This document shows positions 59,539 to 64,000 of a stretch of DNA of 64,000 nt, in pieces. Both the position numbers and the translations under genes were made by a program. The notes under the pieces were generated by a model, which was not told the origin of the DNA, searched no databases, and saw only the letters and a list, made by a program, of their open reading frames with translations. The stretch comes from Promethearchaeota archaeon (lineage in GTDB: Archaea > Asgardarchaeota > Lokiarchaeia > Sigyniarchaeales > SOKP01). The stretch lies in NCBI GenBank assembly GCA_048938025.1, contig JBHLMP010000004.1, positions 1 to 64,000 of the forward strand, read 5' to 3'. Position 1 is the stretch's first letter; each line of letters starts with the position of its first letter.

Positions 59539-60810
59539 CTAAAGATCTAAGCGTTTTTTCTTCGCAAACAAGTCTTTTAACTCATCCAGAACCCGTAATC
59601 TTGTATTTTCTCTTGCTCCAACTTTAGCTTGATCTGGGTTAGCAATTCCTATTGGTACGCCACTTTGAGCCATTTGAAATGCTCCTGATTCTATAGCTCG
59701 AAGGCGGCTATCAATATCATTTAATTGTTTAGCCAAACTTTCAGAGAGTCGTATAATAACATTCATCGTTTCTTCTAATGTCTTACCAAGACCATCTACC
59801 TTTCTAAGGGTGGGATCAGCTAAAGAATGAGTATCACTCATTATTTTTTTTATGTATTTAGCAAATTGAGGTTCATGGGAAATCATTGAATAGATAGAAG
59901 TTAAATAAATCTCGACCTCAAAAATAAATTCTTTATTTTGTAATAATTCATTTAATTTCTCCTTTAAAAGCTCAGTATTCAATAAAATTTCAGGATCCTT
60001 CTTCAAATCAGGATCAAATTTATGAATAAAAACTAGAATATATGGATTTTCTTCTAAGGTTATTATTAAATCAATAACTTTACCAAAATAGTCTATTGTT
60101 TCATCAAATCTATCTGAATCTTGGACGTCAATAACATAAATTAAAAGATCTATTTGCAGAAAGTATTGTTCTGGATTTTCTAAATATCTTGATCTGTATT
60201 CCTCTTGACCTCCTAAATCCCAGATATATAGAGAAAGCTTTTCACTGCCCACATTCATTCGATAAACTCCTTTTGTTGGTTGTGTCTTGATCAAATCACT
60301 TACGCCTAGACGACCTCCCAGTTTGGATAAGGAGGCAGTCTTTCCAGCATTATCTAGTCCTGCTACTACAATCTTTTGTGCTTGAGTCCCAAAATCTCTT
60401 ATATCAGCTTCAAAATTAGTAATTATGGAACTTATTGTTATTGCTTTTTTCAAATTTCTTTCAAGTGCAGGAAATTTTTCTTTAAGCTCCTCGATTTTTA
60501 CTGACAAATTTTCTTTCATTTCAGATACAGTCGATGGATCCTCTGCGTCTTCAAGAAATTTAATTATACTTTCAAATGGGTTTTCTTTATTTAATTTTGA
60601 AATTTCACTAATCTTAGAAATTTCGAACAATTCCTTTACAATATTTGATTCTTCTTTATTTAAGAATTTAAATGTATGAATTGGTAATTTTAAAATATCA
60701 TCTAAAGTTTTTAGTTTGGTAATCTTAGCATCTTTAGGATCTAAGAATTTAGAAAATACATTTATTACACTAGAAAAATCTGTTTCTGTTTTAGCCATTT
60801 TAGTAATCAA
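59539..60810 (-). CDS. Arf/Rag-like GTPase with N- and C-terminal extensions
   Basis: GLDNAGKT, PTKG, WDLGGQ, HKFD, TSI; C-terminal coiled coil. Confidence 0.85.
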   Translation of the reverse strand: MITKMAKTETDFSSVINVFSKFLDPKDAKITKLKTLDDILKLPIHTFKFLNKEESNIVKELFEISKISEISKLNKENPFESIIKFLEDAEDPSTVSEMKENLSVKIEELKEKFPALERNLKKAITISSIITNFEADIRDFGTQAQKIVVAGLDNAGKTASLSKLGGRLGVSDLIKTQPTKGVYRMNVGSEKLSLYIWDLGGQEEYRSRYLENPEQYFLQIDLLIYVIDVQDSDRFDETIDYFGKVIDLIITLEENPYILVFIHKFDPDLKKDPEILLNTELLKEKLNELLQNKEFIFEVEIYLTSIYSMISHEPQFAKYIKKIMSDTHSLADPTLRKVDGLGKTLEETMNVIIRLSESLAKQLNDIDSRLRAIESGAFQMAQSGVPIGIANPDQAKVGARENTRLRVLDELKDLFAKKKRLDL

Positions 60811-61008
60811 TCTTTCTTTTTAATTATATTATGTTAAAATAATTTTTATTATTATTTATTAAACTTTTAAGATACTAGTTAAAAAGATAAAGATTTAAAT
60901 TTTCACACCCGTTTTTAATCTAGATCAAAATTTAAATATTTAGTTTATTTTAAATATAATACGAAAAAGTAATAATCCCAATAAAATCCTTTAATAATTT
61001 AAACTATT

Positions 61009-61926
61009 ATGCCATCTCATTTTGAAGATGATGAATTCTTTGAGGATAAAGATCAAGAATCATGTTGTGATTCACCAAAGATCTCTCAAGAGGATGGTTT
61101 CTATGTTTGTTTAAATTGTGGCTCTGTATACAGTAGAATTCTCGATGATAGCCCTCGAAGAGCTTTTACTCAAGAAGAGATCCAAAAAAGAAAAAGTAAT
61201 GAAAGAGTCTACAGCCCAATTGGCCCCAGAACAATTATAAGAGGTAGTAGAGACGCTCGAGGAACATTATTAAGTCCAAAATATAAATCCAAATTTAATA
61301 GACTAGCTAAAATTCATAGATCGCTGACTACAAGTTATGAGAGAAACTTATGGATTGCGTTACCAAACCTACAACGCTTACAAAAAAGACTAGGAATTCC
61401 TGATACTGTTGCAGAAGATGCCCTTAGAATCTATACTCAAACTGTAAAAAAGAAATTGACTATGGGGAGAAGTATTGATACTTTACTTTCGGCTTCAATA
61501 TTCGCTGCTTTAAGAGTCCATGGTATTCCAAGAACAGTTGAAGAAATAACAAAAGTAGCACAGATACCAAAAAAGAAGGTTATTAAAAGTTATAGATTAA
61601 TACTCATGGAAGTACTTCCCAAATTAAATTTAAAAGTTCAACACTTTTCACCAATTCGTTATGTTGATAAATTTAATGATGAATTAAAACTTTCTATGCA
61701 ATGTAGAAATATAGCTGTTAAAATAATTGAAAAAGCTAAAGAATGTGGATTTAACTCAGCAGGAAAAGACCCTAAAGGAATTGCGGCAGCAGCAATATAT
61801 ATTGGTTCAAAAATCTGCGATGAAAATCGAACTCAGAAGGAAATTAGCAAGTTAGCGCGCGTTACTGAAGTTACTTTAAGAATGAGAGTAAAAGATTTGC
61901 AAAAATATGCTAGCATTGTTGAATAA
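61009..61926 (+). CDS. tfb: Transcription initiation factor IIB
   Basis: Zn ribbon CCDS...VCLNCG; two cyclin repeats (GRSID, PRTVEEI, GKDPKGIAAAAIY, VTEVTLR). Confidence 0.93.
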   Translation: MPSHFEDDEFFEDKDQESCCDSPKISQEDGFYVCLNCGSVYSRILDDSPRRAFTQEEIQKRKSNERVYSPIGPRTIIRGSRDARGTLLSPKYKSKFNRLAKIHRSLTTSYERNLWIALPNLQRLQKRLGIPDTVAEDALRIYTQTVKKKLTMGRSIDTLLSASIFAALRVHGIPRTVEEITKVAQIPKKKVIKSYRLILMEVLPKLNLKVQHFSPIRYVDKFNDELKLSMQCRNIAVKIIEKAKECGFNSAGKDPKGIAAAAIYIGSKICDENRTQKEISKLARVTEVTLRMRVKDLQKYASIVE

Positions 61927-61927
61927 T

Positions 61928-64000
61928 CTAAGATTCAGTTTTAAGTGATATTAATTCTTTCTCTTCTTCAAATAGTGGTAAAATCTCTAGCATCTCATTA
62001 ATTTTTGGCAAAAATCTTTCCATTTTATATAATTTAACATCAAGTAAAAACAAGATTAACAAGATATAAAAAGTATCTTCAACTAACTTTCTATTTATTC
62101 CTAAACTATTTAAGAAATTATTCACGTTATCTCTAATGAGTTGTATAGATTCTCCTGCTTTTAATAAAGATAAACCATGGAGAAGTATTAATAGCGAACT
62201 AGTGTTATAATCTTGTCTTTTAGAAATTGTAATAGCTAAATCAAAATATGTTTTACCCGCTTTTTTGAATTCTTTTATTTCTAATAAACTTAATACGTCA
62301 AGATAATATCGTTTTCTCATAGCTTTTCGTTTAATATAAAAATCACTTTTTTCTCTTCGGATATCTACTGTTTTAGATTTTATTTTGGCAAATCTTTGAT
62401 CTATTTCTATTTTAAATTTTTCTTCTACTTGTTCAATAGATTTTTCACGTATAACTTCTTTTTTGTAATCCTTACCTAAATAATCATAAAGATATTCCAA
62501 TTCCTCTTCGAATAGTGGTAAATTCTCTATATAGGAGATTGCCTCTTTAAGTTTAGGTTCATCCTTAAGTTTCTCTAATTCTATTATGTATTCTATTAAT
62601 TTTATTGGAAAGCTTTCAGAAATAAGTTTCCATAAATTAGATAACTCTTTTTTAGTTTCATTTAATAATTTAGTAATTTCTTGAGTTTTATTTTGTTTCA
62701 TCAGTATTAGACTAGCTAGAACTAAAGATACTCCAGCTAAATTATACTTTTTACGTTTATTAAATGTGACAATGTTATTTCTATAAATTTCTAAGGCTTT
62801 ATCGATTTCTTGATTCTTTATAAAATTTAAAGCTTCTTCAAAATATACTCTTTTTAATCCTTTCCTCTCTCTAAATTCTTTTTCTCTGTCCATTAGGGCT
62901 CCTTGTGCTTTACTTTTAATAATTGATAATCTTTCCTTTAATATTTCTGCCTTCTTTTTTTCTTCTGCTTTTTTAGATTCAAAACCACTTTTTTCTGCTT
63001 CAAGGTTAGCAATTCTTTTATGAATTTCCGCTTTATATATCTTATCTTCAATTTTATCATTATATATATTAGCTTGATGTAGATCATCTAAAACAATATA
63101 AATTTCAGCAATCTTTTTATATACGTCATCCAAATTAATTTTTAATCGCTCTTCCTTTTCTAAATAAGCCGATGCAATATTCCGTATTTTTTTATCTAAT
63201 TCTATTGCTTGATTAATCCCAGATAAGTTTTCTTCACGCTCTACAACGTTCAAAGCTTCTTTTTTAATAATTTTTATAAAAAGAAGGCTTATTTGTTTTG
63301 ATTCATCATAAAGCATTTGATTTCTGAAAATTCTATTTGAATTCTCAAAAATACTTTCATTTCTTTTATAAGTCTCTTGTTTCTTAATTTCTTTCAATTT
63401 TAGGATATATAATGGATATACTCCTGTTAAATACTTTTTTTTCATATCTTCCGTAAGATGTTCATATAAGACAAAAAAATCTTCAAAAATTTTTGCACGT
63501 AATAATATATCTAGAGATTTTGTTAAGATTTGATCACCAATATCTTCTTTACCAATCATTTTAAGATAATTAGCTTGATTTTTAAGAATATTTGCCGCAT
63601 TTAAATGTTCATTTAGCTCTATTAATTTATTAGCTTCTTTGATTTTCTGAGAATTCATGTCCACAATAATATTTAATTCAGCTTCTATAAATTCACCTAG
63701 TAAATCTACTCCTTTTTTAAGATTTTCCTCTATTTCCTTTTTCTTTGATACTTTATACTCATCTTCTGCTATTGAACTTAATTTTGTTAAGTTTTTCTTT
63801 AATTTTAAAGAACTTAATTTACTAATTAAAATTGTAGAAATACCAAAATTATATTCTTTAAGAAATAAGGTTATCAATTTTTCCAATATTGAATCTAGAT
63901 TTTTCTTTTCTACATTATATGATTCATATAAGTTTTCAATTTCATCATAAGTTTGTTTTGCAGCATAAATCTCATTTTGATTAACCTGTTGTTTTAAGAG
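61928..64000 (-). CDS. Large alpha-helical repeat protein (5'-truncated by window edge)
   Basis: Frame stays open from 63886 to the window end; duplicated unit ending LPLFEEE. Confidence 0.7.
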   Translation of the reverse strand, partial: LLKQQVNQNEIYAAKQTYDEIENLYESYNVEKKNLDSILEKLITLFLKEYNFGISTILISKLSSLKLKKNLTKLSSIAEDEYKVSKKKEIEENLKKGVDLLGEFIEAELNIIVDMNSQKIKEANKLIELNEHLNAANILKNQANYLKMIGKEDIGDQILTKSLDILLRAKIFEDFFVLYEHLTEDMKKKYLTGVYPLYILKLKEIKKQETYKRNESIFENSNRIFRNQMLYDESKQISLLFIKIIKKEALNVVEREENLSGINQAIELDKKIRNIASAYLEKEERLKINLDDVYKKIAEIYIVLDDLHQANIYNDKIEDKIYKAEIHKRIANLEAEKSGFESKKAEEKKKAEILKERLSIIKSKAQGALMDREKEFRERKGLKRVYFEEALNFIKNQEIDKALEIYRNNIVTFNKRKKYNLAGVSLVLASLILMKQNKTQEITKLLNETKKELSNLWKLISESFPIKLIEYIIELEKLKDEPKLKEAISYIENLPLFEEELEYLYDYLGKDYKKEVIREKSIEQVEEKFKIEIDQRFAKIKSKTVDIRREKSDFYIKRKAMRKRYYLDVLSLLEIKEFKKAGKTYFDLAITISKRQDYNTSSLLILLHGLSLLKAGESIQLIRDNVNNFLNSLGINRKLVEDTFYILLILFLLDVKLYKMERFLPKINEMLEILPLFEEEKELISLKTES

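Noticed and set aside
2209-63950. Short antisense or overlapping ORFs in the track (e.g. 28585..28851, 31744..32025, 34808..35062, 54095..54289)
   Set aside because: They are shadows of longer genes; their recurrence simply mirrors the repeated core.

Overview
AT-rich archaeal DNA with an Asgard (Lokiarchaeia-like) gene set: Rab-like and Arf/Rag-like small GTPases, a roadblock protein and TFIIB. The taxon is inferred from gene content only. Housekeeping genes flank a ~42 kb accessory region (11.2-53.5 kb) built up at the 3' end of acetyl-CoA synthetase (acs). Three displaced, partly recoded copies of the acs 3' end (11197, 13934, 42026) divide this region into three tandem islands, and no integrase is visible. 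Main findings: (1) a 3935-aa modular surface protein followed by two N-terminally truncated orphan copies of its C-terminus, each with a conserved core, a different membrane tip and a small partner gene, as in polymorphic toxin/cassette-swapping loci; (2) acs is interrupted in its YWQTETGG motif by an in-frame 30-nt insert with a UAA stop, which folds into a relaxed bulge-helix-bulge whose canonical cut sites restore the motif exactly, so it is a candidate archaeal mRNA intron; (3) a free-standing double-LAGLIDADG protein lies immediately downstream of acs; (4) defence/modification cargo includes a type IIG-like REase-MTase, a radical SAM + TcmP pair, Mrr-LRR and TPR-nitrilase. No rRNA, tRNA or CRISPR array was recognised. 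All calls come from motif reading by eye, with no database searches.
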